Shown piece by piece: positions 1 through 11,745 of a stretch of DNA of 37,765 nucleotides (position 1 is its first letter; every line of letters begins with the position of its first letter). Position numbers and translations under genes: made by a program. This stretch comes from Octopus sinensis. Taxonomy: Eukaryota. Location of the stretch: contig NW_021835852.1 in assembly GCF_006345805.1 (NCBI RefSeq), positions 1 to 37,765 on the forward strand. Direction: 5' to 3'. The notes under the pieces are model-generated. The model was given only the letters and a program-made list of their open reading frames with translations. It was not told the DNA's origin and made no database searches.

Positions 1-1057
1 TATGGGGTCTACATCTAGCCTAATGGATGTCCACTTAGTGGTCATCCCTCTTATATGTATGTTTGATATATATATATATATATATATACACGACAACGGA
101 TCCTATGTTCACTCGTAGGCTGTTTGGTCCGCGTGTATGCGTGTATCATCTTGTTTAGAATGCATGCTATATATATATATATATATATATATACAGATAC
201 CTGTACATTTTCACACGCGTACATGAATGAGTGTGCATGTGTGCATATTCTTTAGTTATAAAATACAACTAAAGGGGACGGAGTAGTAAGAGTTAGAAAA
301 AGAAAGGCTGAGAAAAAAAAGGAAGAGTGTGTTTGTGAAAGAATGAGAGATATGGGAGAGGGGGTGAGAGGAGGAGAAAGAGACATTGAGTAAGTGTGGA
401 GTGGCGTTAAAAATAAAAATAAACTCAACACAAACATTGAAACGTACGCACAAGTAAGTAAGTAATAACGAACAACACACGCATCGGCATCACGGAAATA
501 TAATATGTAAATTTATACATTTACGTCACACATACACACACACACACACAACCTTGGCGCTTTTTCGCCATCACCAATGATATCGACTTTTCTAATCAAC
601 AAACTCAAAAGGACAAAAAAATACAAAGCACAAAGAAAGGAAGTGAACGATAATTATTTCACACATCAATATATGTATACACACACACACACACACACAT
701 ACATATGGATGTAATATTATTTATATAGGATGTATGTCGTCGTTTTCGTCCGGCATTACTCATCTCCTCCCCCTTCTTCCCCATCATAGTCTAAACAGTT
801 TGTTCAGTTCAGACTATGATGTGAAGTACGAAGATGTTCACAATGTATTTGATGTCGCTTCCTTGGTTAAATAATAAAGCTATTTGCATAATACGCCATT
901 CACTTCGTTTCGCTTCTATCATCACCCTTCTACCTCCATTCATTTTTTTTCTGCGAAATATAAATATTGTCTGATACTTGACACAATTCACACACACCCT
1001 AGCTACTTTGTATAAATTATCAAGCAAATACACACACACATACACATACACACACAT

Positions 1058-1090
<33 letters not shown>

Positions 1091-1273
1091 TACACACTAA
1101 TATATGCGCGAGTGTGTACGTTTGTATAGACATGTCTTTTATAATGTGTAAGCGGAGATGTTTAATTGTTTAAATATGCCATGCATTTTACACTGATTGT
1201 ATTTATGAATAAAAAAAACTTTCATTCTCTTCCAAATGTCCAGTCTGTTCAAGGTAAGGTTGGGGGACAATTG

Positions 1274-1316
1274 CCATGCTGATGACGTCTGTTAAGGCAG
1301 AAACATAAGTCCACAG
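1274..1316 (+). ncRNA. Minimal type I hammerhead ribozyme-like motif (partly decayed)
   Basis: CTGATGA (1279-1285); stem II cGTCT-gtta-AGGCa (1286-1299); GAAA (1300-1303); stem III AC-ataa-GT; GTC cleavage triplet (1309-1311); imperfect stem I ccatg/cacag. Confidence 0.65.
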
Positions 1317-1544
1317 ATATCTTGAAATCTTCAGATAGTAAGACCGTCTTTTCTTTTATGGGATGTCCATTTTAGGGAATTCTTGATTCTTGAGATTATC
1401 TCCTTTTGTTATTTGGAGTTTTTACCAATTACAAGCAAGTGATTGGTTTATTTTCCCAGGAAGGCAGGCGTCTGCTCCGCTCTCCTAAGCCTCCAAGTGC
1501 CTGTGAGTAAAGAGTTTGTCATGGGTGACACACTCGTCTGTCGC

Positions 1545-1705
1545 AACTACAGCTGGTACTAAATCTCAGCTGTGTTGACTGGAGTGAATAACATGAAAGC
1601 AAGAGCCTTGTCAAGAACGCAACACGTCCCCACACCCATCCGGTAATCCAACCGACAACCTCACGGTTGTGAACACCAGGTACTAGTCACTAGGCTAGGC
1701 GTCTT
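1545..1705 (-). mobile_element. Old tRNA-derived SINE fragment (related to the 16190-16540 type)
   Basis: Degenerate match to gcaact..ctacagctg..gactggag..cttg-tcaagaac-caacac; tRNA-like head at the right end. Confidence 0.5.
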
Positions 1706-2364
1706 TAGTTATACGTATGCACTCGTGTAAATTTAGTAATTCGTTTGTTGCCCGAAGCTCTCTCTTGTGGTTCCATGAAAATGAAAAAGATCGGATAATA
1801 TTGATTTTTTTTTCTCACCGCCTATTTCAGATTTCCAGTGTTCCATGCATTAAATAAATATACCGGCATCCACTTATCTAAATTAAAATAAGATTGTTGA
1901 CAGATGCAGGGCCAAGATCTTTTGATATGCTATTCGATATACTATGACTATTCCTGACATTTACTCAGTTAATTTCACTAAATTTGTTTCCAAATGGATT
2001 AACACTATTTTTTTTATTTTATATTCAGATTTCCCCCGTGATACGTTTGACTTTTAAAGTCAAATGTAAAGTCTCTATAGTCTGCTGTTGTAGGACTCCT
2101 AGCCTCATCCAAACCTATCACTAAGTACCTGCCACCTGGTTGGCAATAAAGTTTGCTGTATATTTTGGTGATGTTGTGCAGAAAGCGTAAAGTCGTTAAG
2201 CTGCAGGTGAATTGTTGTCTGTAAAATTTGATAAATTAAATGTGGTGTATGAATTCTAGTGCTGAAAAATGTAGCATGTGTATATACCAGAAATTCAAGT
2301 CAAATTACTTTTCTCCAACTTCTTTCGTATGCATTTTTTTTTCATCTTTTACTTGTTTGTTTTT

Positions 2365-2530
2365 TTTTCTATCATTGAACTGCAACCATACTGGGCACCG
2401 CATCCAAGAGTTTTAGTCGAACTGATCGACTCCAATATTTACTTATAAAAATTTGGAATTTATTCTGTTTGTGTCTTTCGCCGAACCGCTATGTTATGGT
2501 ACGAAAACAAATCAACACTGATTGTCAAGA
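2365..2530 (-). mobile_element. SINE family B 3' half (decayed)
   Basis: tttagtcgaactgatcgactcc...cgccgaaccgctatgttatgg matches the reverse complement of the 33709-34106 3' half. Confidence 0.7.
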
Positions 2531-2539
2531 GGTAGTCGT

Positions 2540-2950
2540 GGCGAGCTGGCAGAAACGTTAGCGCGCCGGGCGAAATGCTTGGCGGTATTTCGTCTGCAGC
2601 TACGTTTTGAGTTCAAATTCCGCCGAGGTCGACTTTGCCTTTCATCCTTTCGGGGTCGATTAAATAAGTACCAGTTACGCACTGGAGTCGATATAATCGA
2701 CTTAATCCGTTTGTCTGTCCTTGTTTGTCCTCTCTGTGTTTACCCCCTTGTGTGTAGTAAAGAAATAGGCATTTCGTCTGCCGCTACGTTCTGAGTTCAA
2801 ATTCCACCGAGGTCGACTTTGCCTTTCATCCTTACGGGGTCGATAAATAAAGTACCAGTTTCGCCCTGGGTCGATGTAATCGACTTAATCCCTTTGTCTG
2901 TCCTTGTTTGTCTCCTCTATGTTTAGCCCCTTGTGGGCAATAAAGAAATA
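2540..2950 (+). mobile_element. tRNA-derived SINE family A, dimer
   Basis: GGCGAGCTGGCAGAA head; B-box GAGTTCAAATTC; core GTCGACTTTGCCTTTCATCCTTTCGGGGTCGAT (resembles the MetaSINE central domain as recalled); tail AATAAAGAAATA. Second unit starts about 2769. Confidence 0.85.
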
Positions 2951-3126
2951 TAGAACTACTTACTCGGTCATGTCTGTGTATATATTCAGATTTGGCAAGG
3001 ATTGGCTAGCCAAAGATGATATAACCGACTGTCTCATTGTGCTGGTTGCACATTCTGCATTTAGTGTTGGGCCAATTTTCATTATTTTGCTTTAATAGTT
3101 CTTTGTAATCTGGCACTGGTCTTGTG

Positions 3127-3416
3127 CAGAACGTAAAGACAGGCGAAATACCGCTAAGCATTTCACCCGGCATGCTAACGTTTCTTATTTCTTTATTGCC
3201 CACTAGGGGCTAAACATAGAGGGGACAAACAAGGACAGACAAACGGATTAAATCAATTACATTGATCCCAGTGCGTAACTGGTACTTATTTAATCGACCC
3301 CGAAAGGATGAAAGGCAAGTCGACCTCGGCGGAATTTGAACTCAGAACGTAGCGGCAGACGAAATACCGCTAAGCATTTCGCCCGGCGTGCTAACGTTTC
3401 TGCCAGCTCGCCGCCT
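3127..3416 (-). mobile_element. SINE family A (monomer plus partial second unit)
   Basis: Reverse complement of 2540-2770 at high identity. Confidence 0.85.
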
Positions 3417-3656
3417 TACTGAATAAGACCATAGGTAATTTCTCACAGAGACTTGAACCTTCCACTGGGGATTTCTGGTTACTCCTTGCAAACACCCTTA
3501 CCCACTGGACCATTAAAGCAGTAACGTAGTCCTAGGTATACTATAACCGAAAGGAAAGACAAAATGGTCATGTGTGGAACCCAATAACAACGGCAAACTA
3601 TTACTCTCTCGGAAATTTGAAATGAAAATATTAAGAGACAGAACTAAATAATAGTG

Positions 3657-3850
3657 ATTTCAAACTTTAGCACAAGGCCAGCAACTTTGGAGGAGTGGGG
3701 TAAGTCTATTTCATCGATCCCAGTATTCAATTGGTACTTATTTTATCGACCCCGAAAGGCTGAAAGGCAAAAACCACCTCGGCGGAATTTGAACTCAGAT
3801 CATATTGACGGGCGAGATGCCGCTAAGCATTTTGCACGGCGTGTTGATGA
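3657..3850 (-). mobile_element. SINE family A variant
   Basis: atcgaccccgaaagg-tgaaaggcaaa..cctcggcggaatttgaactc core. Confidence 0.75.
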
Positions 3851-4562
3851 TACTGAAATCTTTAAGTATGGGGCCCTATTGAGTATTTGGTATTGGGGTC
3901 ACTACTGTAGAGTAAAATGTTAGGAGTAAACGGTCAGCAGGTCGAACCCTCGACTCTGATTTCAGTTTCGCCTTGAGGCCATTTCAGTATAATAACCATT
4001 TAATAAAGATCTTCGGGAACATATGAAAGTCATATTCTCCAGTTCTTCTTGCAGAAAATACAGGACGAAATCAAGACGTTTGACATGTTACTGAAAATCC
4101 AAAATCAAAAGCGGAAGGAGGAAGGGGTTAATACAAAATCTAAGTGAAAAATTGAATTAGAAATTTTAAAACTAAACGAAGATAAATTATAAAAAAATGT
4201 GTCAAATTGTCAATTATAATTCGAATTGAATTTCAGTTTGTTTTGTTAGTGTTGTGTGTGTGTGTGTGTATTAGTTTTATGTGTGCGCGTTAGTTTTGCA
4301 TGTGTGTGTGTGTCCCCGTGTTTGTCTGTGAGCATTCGCGCGTCCGCGGCAAAAGGTCGCAATCAAATTAAGCTAAAGCAAATTAAATAAAACCTTACAA
4401 TCAAATTTCTTTTGAGTTTGATTTACAAATTTCAGAAATCCCCCTCCCCCATTTCAGGCGTCGTTTCCTCTACCCTCATTTCATTTTTGTTTGCTTCTAA
4501 TTAGCACCAGTCTCTGCCTTCCCCGTGTTTATAGAATGTATTAAAAAACGTCTTTCGGCTTA

Positions 4563-4617
<55 letters not shown>

Positions 4618-4639
4618 AATATTAGAGCAATCTCAAGAC

Positions 4640-4762
4640 TAATCAGCCGAAATTGCGAGGATGATCCGGTTCTTGACTGAATATCAAAGGTTTCGAATGA
4701 CCCGTCCGTGTTTTTTGTATCGTCTATTTGGATGTTTTGCGTTTTTGTCCCATTTTGTATCT
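4640..4762. repeat. Dispersed ~120-bp repeat embedded in (TA)n, copy 1
   Basis: cagccgaaattgcgaggatgatccggttcttgactgaa...ttgtccca.tttgta recurs at 9117-9232; both copies are flanked by (TA)n. Confidence 0.85.
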
Positions 4763-4822
4763 TATATATATATATATATACACATACATACATACATACA
4801 TACATACATACATACATACATT

Positions 4823-4872
<50 letters not shown>

Positions 4873-4874
4873 AC

Positions 4875-4932
<58 letters not shown>

Positions 4933-5029
4933 CTGTACTCAAATGCAAACTTTCAGATGCTGGGGTACAAAAGATTATAGCCCACAACGTGGAACAGACA
5001 TACCTGCATAAATTCATTCATCCTTTAAC

Positions 5030-5345
5030 AGTTTCAGTCTTTGGACGGCCGCCATGCTAAAGCACTGCTTTGGAGAGTTTAATCGAACAAATCAACCCCA
5101 GTGCTTAATTTTTCAGTCTTGGACTTTTAAGTCTCTGTTGCCGAAGCGCTTTGTTATGCAGACATAAACAAACGAACACTGATTGTCAAGCACTGGTGGT
5201 GGACGAAATGACAGACAGCCGGATACCTCCAAACATAGATAGTATAGTATAGACTTCTATAGAATTGCCGTCTATCTGGTTCATTCGCAAGATATCGGTC
5301 AACCTAGTTGTGAACCGGAAACCACATGTCTGCAAAGTGAACTTC
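5030..5345 (-). mobile_element. SINE family B (decayed)
   Basis: gtttcagtc..gccatgct..aatcgaacaaatcaaccccag..gaaccggaaaccacatg. Confidence 0.7.
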
Positions 5346-5356
5346 CCTGCTCCTAC

Positions 5357-6011
5357 ATATTGATTTCAAATTTTGGCATAAGGTCAGCAATTTCGGTGAA
5401 GCGGGTTACAACGATGGCATTTATTTTATATTTCCACAAAACGGATGAAAGGCAAAAAACGACCTCAGTAGAATTTGAACTCAGAACGAAAGACCAGATG
5501 AAAATATCGTTAAGCATTATCATTTTGCCCGGCATGGTAACGATTCTGCTAGCTGGCCACCTCTACCACTCCTCCATATTCTTTTCTACTCTAAGCACAC
5601 AGCCCGACATTTCTTTTGGGGGGATACCAGTCGATTAGATCGATCCCAGTACGCTACTAGCACTTAATTTATCGACCTCGAAAGGATGAAAGGCAAATTT
5701 GACCTCAGCAGAATTTGAACTCAGAACGTAAAGACAGACGAAATACAGCTAAGCATTTCGCCCGACATGCTAACGTTTCTTATTTCTTTATTGCCCACAA
5801 GGGGCTAAACACAGAGGAGACAAACAAGGACAGAAAGACGGATTAAGTCGATTATATCGACCCCAGTGCGTAACTGGTACTTAATTTATCGACCCCGAAA
5901 GGATGAAAGACAAAGTCGACCTCGGCGGAATTAGAACTCAGAACGCAGCGGCAGTCAAAATACCGCTTAGCATTTCGCCCGGCGTGCTAACGTTCCTGCC
6001 ATCTCGCCGCC
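5357..6011 (-). mobile_element. Cluster of three SINE family A units
   Basis: Core ggatgaaaggcaaa..gacctc.gc.gaatttgaactcagaacg at about 5440, 5680 and 5900. Confidence 0.85.
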
Positions 6012-6359
6012 TTCGCACTCCTCCATATTAAAATGTTAAAATATGATATGAAAAGCTGGAAAAGGAACGAAAGGCACAAATATCTGGAAATAGTACTATA
6101 TCGAAGTGAAGTACATTTACATCATTAGATTTGTGTTCCTTTTGTACACTCAAGCCAGTCCTTTTGCATGTAGGTAACTGGCTGAGCGACAAGGTGAAAT
6201 CTAAAAATCCATATCTTCAAATGATCATATCCTCTGCAAAGCTGAAGACCATTCTGCGTATTATGGCTAATTGCAGGTGATGCAGTGTGGCAGTGTGGCA
6301 GTGTGGCAGTGTGGAGGTGGTTAATTTTGGTTTCACTCTTTACCCAATTTCTTTTTTGC

Positions 6360-6565
6360 CTCTTTCAGTCATTGGGCTGCGGCCATACTGGGGCATCACT
6401 TTGGTTAGTGGAGCAAATTGACTCCAATACTTATTTTCAAGTCTGATACTTATTTTATCGGTGATCTTTTGGAGAACCGCTAATTTACTGGGAAGTAAGC
6501 CAAACCAACACTGGTCGTCAAGCGGCGTGTGTATGTGTGGCGGAGGACAAACACGAACACAAACA
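6360..6565 (-). mobile_element. SINE family B 3' half
   Basis: ttcagtcattgggctgcggccatactgg...gaaccgctaa...ggacaaacac followed by (CA)n. Confidence 0.7.
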
Positions 6566-6578
6566 TATGCTTACAACA

Positions 6579-6637
<59 letters not shown>

Positions 6638-6860
6638 CATCTCTAAAGTGACAAAAGTACTAATCGGCACCAATATTGCTAGAAATAAAAGTCAAAATAA
6701 CTCAATAGCCACAAAAAGCACTATTTTAATGACTGACAAGTGAAGCAATTTGATACTTACCCATCTTAATGTCCATCGGTGGCTCTCACCACGCCTAAGG
6801 CTAAACTCAGCTCCCTTTGTCAGTTTATAAGATTTCTGTTGAAATCATACTTTGATTTTA

Positions 6861-6907
6861 TCTATATATATATATATAAAGCTGAAGTTGTCTCTGTGTG
6901 TGTGTGT

Positions 6908-6946
<39 letters not shown>

Positions 6947-7239
6947 CAGGTTTGGTAGCCTTCAACTAACGCTATATCCTCCGAGACCCTGCGGCACAAG
7001 TTGACCAAAATTGAAAGTATGATAGAAGAAGGCTTGCTCTTCATTCCGTAGAAGAAAAAATTCAAATCGGACCATGTTAAGACCAAAAGTTATTTACATC
7101 AAAAAGGTGCTTTTTTTCTATGAAAATCCCTAATTCATAGATTGAAACTATATCAAAACTTTGTTAACGCGACATCAAAGTCTGCCGTTTTAAGCGCAAC
7201 TAAAAGACAAACCCGAGCAACGCCGGGCTATACTGCAAG
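6861..7239 (+). mobile_element. Non-autonomous Helitron-like element
   Basis: A|TC 5' end (TCTATATATA..AAAGCTGAAG, then (GT)n); subterminal GC hairpin CCCG-agcaacgc-CGGG (7212-7227); 3' CAAG|T (CTAG with one change); sits between A and T with no target-site duplication. Confidence 0.75.
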
Positions 7240-7429
7240 TAAACGGTAAAATTGAAAATTGTCAGTCATTAAGATAGTGGGAGTAGCAGTAATGGTTGAT
7301 CCGCCCCGGAGCAGCGTTTTTATGTCAATGGCACTTTTGGGTCTGCTGTAAAAACCTATATAAGTGCAGGAGCGTTGGGAAAAGTCAGAAGCTGCCCTGT
7401 GATGCGCACATTTTAGCTACGTCACTGCC

Positions 7430-7606
7430 AAACCCTATAAGTATTTCCGCAATGTACCATACCTGAGCTGGTGCTTTTCTATTGACTGCGAAAGGATGAA
7501 ATCTAATGTTGGCCTCTGCGAAATTTGAACTCGGAGCATCAGGAGTTGGGAAAAATATTGGAAAGTCTTTTACCCAGTGCTCTGATAACTCTGCCAACTC
7601 GCCGCC
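7430..7606 (-). mobile_element. SINE family A (old)
   Basis: cgaaaggatgaaa...aaatttgaactc...ctctgccaactcgccgcc. Confidence 0.65.
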
Positions 7607-8108
7607 CTTTATAATCACAAGGAAAATATTTTCTCACTCCAAATATTCTTGAAATAATTTCTTTATTAGTAATCCAAATGAGTCGTCGTTAATATTGCTT
7701 TTATATAGCATCTAATATCAGGTTTCACTTTAGCTGCCCCAAATTCTTCATTCTAGAAGACCTTTATTAAAGGTCTCTCTCATTCTTTCGCTCTCTCGCG
7801 CACGTTCTCCCTAACTCTCACCAACTCGCAGTAAGAAATCTGACACAAGCGTAGCATACATTAAATGGCTTGATTTCATTGGAGCTTTGGCTTAATGATC
7901 AGGGACGAATTTAAAATGTTTGGTTAAAATGGTGTGTCATATATCAATCCTAAAAATCACGTGCTGGCATTCTCTCTCTCTCTCGCTCTCTCCCTCTTCC
8001 CCCCTCTCTCTCTCTCGCTTTTTCCCTTTTCCCCTCTCTCTATCACCCCCTCTTTCTCACGCATACATAAAATCAAAAATATGAAAGTTATGTATATAAA
8101 ATATCTAT

Positions 8109-8530
8109 GCAGGCATGGCTGTGTGCTAAGAAACTTGCTTCTCAACCACATGGTCTAGGGTTCAATCCCACTGCATAACACCTTCGGTTAGTACCTTCAA
8201 CTGTAGCCTCGGGCCGACCAAAGTCTTTTCAGTAGATTTGGTAGACGGAAACTGAAAGAAGTTCGTCGCATATATATATGTGTGTGTGTGTGTATGTGTG
8301 TGTATATATATATATATACACACAAGTATATATATATATATATATACTTGTCTGTGCGTGTGTATGTATGTATGCGTATCTTTGTGTCTGTGTTTGTCCC
8401 CCGTCACCACTCAACAACAGTATTGGTGTGTTTAGGTCCCCGCAAAATAGCGGTTCGACAAAAGACACCGATAGAATAAGTAGCAGAGGTCGGTTTGTTC
8501 GATTAAAACCCTTCAAGGCGGTGCCCCAGG
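8109..8530 (+). mobile_element. SINE family B with internal microsatellite
   Basis: Head ggctgtgtg..aaccacatgg..ggttcaatcccactgc; gatttggtagacggaaactgaaagaag; (TA/TG)n; 3' half. Confidence 0.85.
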
Positions 8531-9047
8531 AGATGTGAGATGGGAAATATGGTGAGTATGCGTGTATGTATGTATGTATGTATGTATGTATGTATGTAGC
8601 GGGAGCCTGATACGGGGGTTCCTGGGTTTTGGGGAATGTGGAACTAACTCTTAGCGACTATTGTTTGTCGCTTTACTCTGGCCAGAATTATAGGACCCCT
8701 ATTTCTCGTTAGAACTTCGTTCTTGGAGGATGTAAACTCGCATAAAAAAAAACAACCCTGAAGAGCAAATGGTTTCTGGTCGTCTCAGCTTTTTTTGTGC
8801 CATAGGCCTTATAGCTGATGGTGCTGAGAGGGGTTCAGTGTTGTGCAAAACTTCATCCCCTCAAAACAAATTCACGCATAAAGATTTTTTGGTCTCATGG
8901 AGGAACATTTGCATGAAAGTGGTCTTACCCTGTCACGAGTTCTCTTTCGCCATCTATGAATATTAATGTATATATGTATATATGTATATGCACCAACTTC
9001 ACGTTTTTTTACACGTTATTTCATATTTTCTCACTGTCCAGCGTCCT

Positions 9048-9086
<39 letters not shown>

Positions 9087-9116
9087 CATACAAGACCAAA
9101 AAGGGTACGGGCGCCA

Positions 9117-9232
9117 CAGCCGAAATTGCGAGGATGATCCGGTTCTTGACTGAAGATTGAAGGCTTCGAATGTCCCGTCCGTGTTTTTTGTATCGTCTTC
9201 TAAATGTTTTGCGTTCTTGTCCCAGTTTGTAC
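9117..9232. repeat. Dispersed ~120-bp repeat embedded in (TA)n, copy 2
   Basis: Direct copy of 4640-4762. Confidence 0.85.
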
Positions 9233-9240
9233 TTTTTTAC

Positions 9241-9303
<63 letters not shown>

Positions 9304-9496
9304 ATCATTAACTTTTAACCGCGATGGATTGTATTCACACATTTTTCTTATATTTTTCTTATAAGCTTGTATTGATGAGTTGTATTACATCTTCCGTGAT
9401 TTTATGCATGTATATTCTAAATGTTCGAGATGTGAAATCTTACGTGGATGACCTTATACTTGTTTGTTCTGCAACATAGTTTAATATATATATATG

Positions 9497-9615
<119 letters not shown>

Positions 9616-9701
9616 TAATCCAAACGGGAAAACAGAAAAAACAACAACACGTGGAACAATTACAGTATTATTATTATTAGGCGCTCAGGAAAATGGAAGA
9701 A

Positions 9702-9772
<71 letters not shown>

Positions 9773-9934
9773 CGCATAAATAGAGCCTGAAAGATTGCTT
9801 TAAGATGGCGTATTTTATAAACATGTCTGTTCAGGTATCATAAAAGCACGAAACTATTAGCTCTTTCTGTTGTGCATGTATGTATTATGTATGTATGTAT
9901 CTGAAGATGTACGAAATGCCATTAAGCTTATAAA

Positions 9935-10428
9935 TCCTGACTCATGTCGTTGCCCAATGAACAGAGCTTACCTCTCTTTCAAGGTACGGCGTGCAGAAAC
10001 TCCAATGTTCGTTTCCTTGGAGTCAGAAGTAGAGAGTAATAAGTTCTCTTATATATTTTTATTCCGTCCAAAGGCTGCAATAGGCGGCTGAGGAAATATC
10101 TGTTTGAAAAGAGGATATTTTTCCGCATCATGCTGGTAACATTCCTGTTGCACTTTTGAGATGCCAGCGAAAGGAATTCTGTCACATATTGTATTTTTTT
10201 TTGCTAAAATTATGCGTGAAAGTTTGACTTTCTTTCTTCATCTTAGCTATGTCATTTGCAATTTCCTTCAATTGCGATTCACTGTAACTGCATTTAACAT
10301 AATGGTGTACAAAAGCATTTGCATGTTTCCAGTAATCTCCTATGTCAATACAAATCCGTTTTATCCTAAAAAATTGGGATTTCCGATTTGACGAATTATA
10401 TGATATGGTTGATCGGAGTGGCAGTTGA
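9935..10428 (-). mobile_element. Penelope-like element fragment (RT thumb/linker), paralogous to about 24438-24960
   Basis: Translates to NRKSQFFRIKRICIDIGDYWKHANAFV versus NPKSQFLRIKRICTDIGDY in the 24-kb copy; long shared nucleotide blocks such as aaatatcctcttttcaaacagatatttcctcagccgc. Confidence 0.88.
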
Positions 10429-10429
10429 G

Positions 10430-10646
10430 GTTCTTCTTCTTCTTCTTCTTCTTCTTCTTCTTCTTCTTCTTCTTCTTCTTCTTCTTCTTCTTCTTCTTCT
10501 TCTTCTTCTTCTTCTTCTTCTTCTTCTTCTTCTTCTTCTTCTTTCTTCTTCTTCTTCTTCTTCTTCTTCTTCTTCTCTTCTTCTTCTTCTTCTTCTTCTT
10601 CTTCTTCTTCTTCTTCTTCTTCTTCTTCTTCTTCTTCTTCTTCTTC
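10430..10646. repeat. (CTT)n/(GAA)n trinucleotide tract
   Basis: About 215 bp, nearly pure, with two phase slips. Confidence 0.98.
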
Positions 10647-10677
10647 TATTTCACATACACATATACACACATTCTCT

Positions 10678-10965
10678 CTTTTCTTCTTTTATTTGTTTCA
10701 GTCATTTTGCCGAACCGTTAGTTTATGAGGACGTAAACACACCAACATCGGTGGTGGGGCGGGACAAACACAGACACACAAACAACGCGCGCTCGCGCAC
10801 ACTCACACGCATAAATACATTCATATATACGACGGGCTTCCTTCCATTTCCGTCAACCAAATCCAGTAACAAATTTGTTCGGCCCAAGGTTCCACGCAGT
10901 GGGACTGAACCCGGGACCATGTGGTCGGTAAGTAAGCTCCTTACCACACAGCCAAGCCTGCGCCT
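10678..10965 (-). mobile_element. SINE family B (internally deleted)
   Basis: ccaaggttccacgcagtgggactgaacccgggaccatgtgg...ttaccacacagcc. Confidence 0.8.
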
Positions 10966-11006
10966 ATGTTTATAATTTTAAACTATTTTAGCGTATCTTG
11001 TGTATC

Positions 11007-11060
<54 letters not shown>

Positions 11061-11370
11061 TCAACAACAACAACAACAAGAATATGGTGTAATTTTGTAC
11101 TAGAAAATTAATTATTAGCGAGCGATTATGTTTGTTCTCTTTGTTCATTTGGTTTATTCCAATCTTCTTATTCAGTTGCGTTTTGATTTACTTTATAAAT
11201 TCTTTCCTCATTATCTATTAATTAATTAATCGTTAATTCTTATATTCATGGCCTTATAGTTCCACCATTTCAATAGTAAATTCTTACAACTACTGTTTTC
11301 CTTTCGTGAATCTTTACCAACTTCTTATAGTCATCTATATATGTGTATGTGTGTGTGTGCATGTGTGGAT

Positions 11371-11402
<32 letters not shown>

Positions 11403-11702
11403 GCACACATCTTTATAATTCTAAACTATTTTAGCGTATGTATACATGTGTGTGTGCGTATGTGTATGTGTGTGTGCGTGTGTGTGCGTGTGTGTGTGCG
11501 TGTGTGTGGTGCGTGTGTGTAAAGAGTTTTGTGGTGCTATGTACGAAACTTTGAGCCCTGGAATCACATTGTAACTTTGCCGATTAATCATAATATATTA
11601 TTCACCCAGTTTGTACTATTAAACCTATCTAATATATATATATATGGAGAGAGAGAGAGAGAGAGATAAATAGATAGATAGATAGATAGATAGAGTATAC
11701 AC

Positions 11703-11745
<43 letters not shown>

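Noticed and set aside
2522-2794. 90-aa ORF and similar YRPRKDER-type ORFs (3654, 14566, 30608)
   Set aside because: Chance frames through SINE family A.
4850-4930. Identical irregular junction cacc-acatatatatataatata also at 33625-33650, and single phase slips in many arrays
   Set aside because: More likely sequencing, assembly or gap-closing artefacts in microsatellites than biology.
6282-6314. (GCAGTGTG)x4 and other short tandem repeats as CRISPR-like arrays
   Set aside because: No spacers; simple slippage repeats in eukaryotic DNA.
9901-9920. CTGAAGA-tgtac-GAAA as a hammerhead; also CTGAAGA at about 9150 and CTGATGA at 25434
   Set aside because: No pairable stem II or stem I, or no correctly placed GAAA and NUH.
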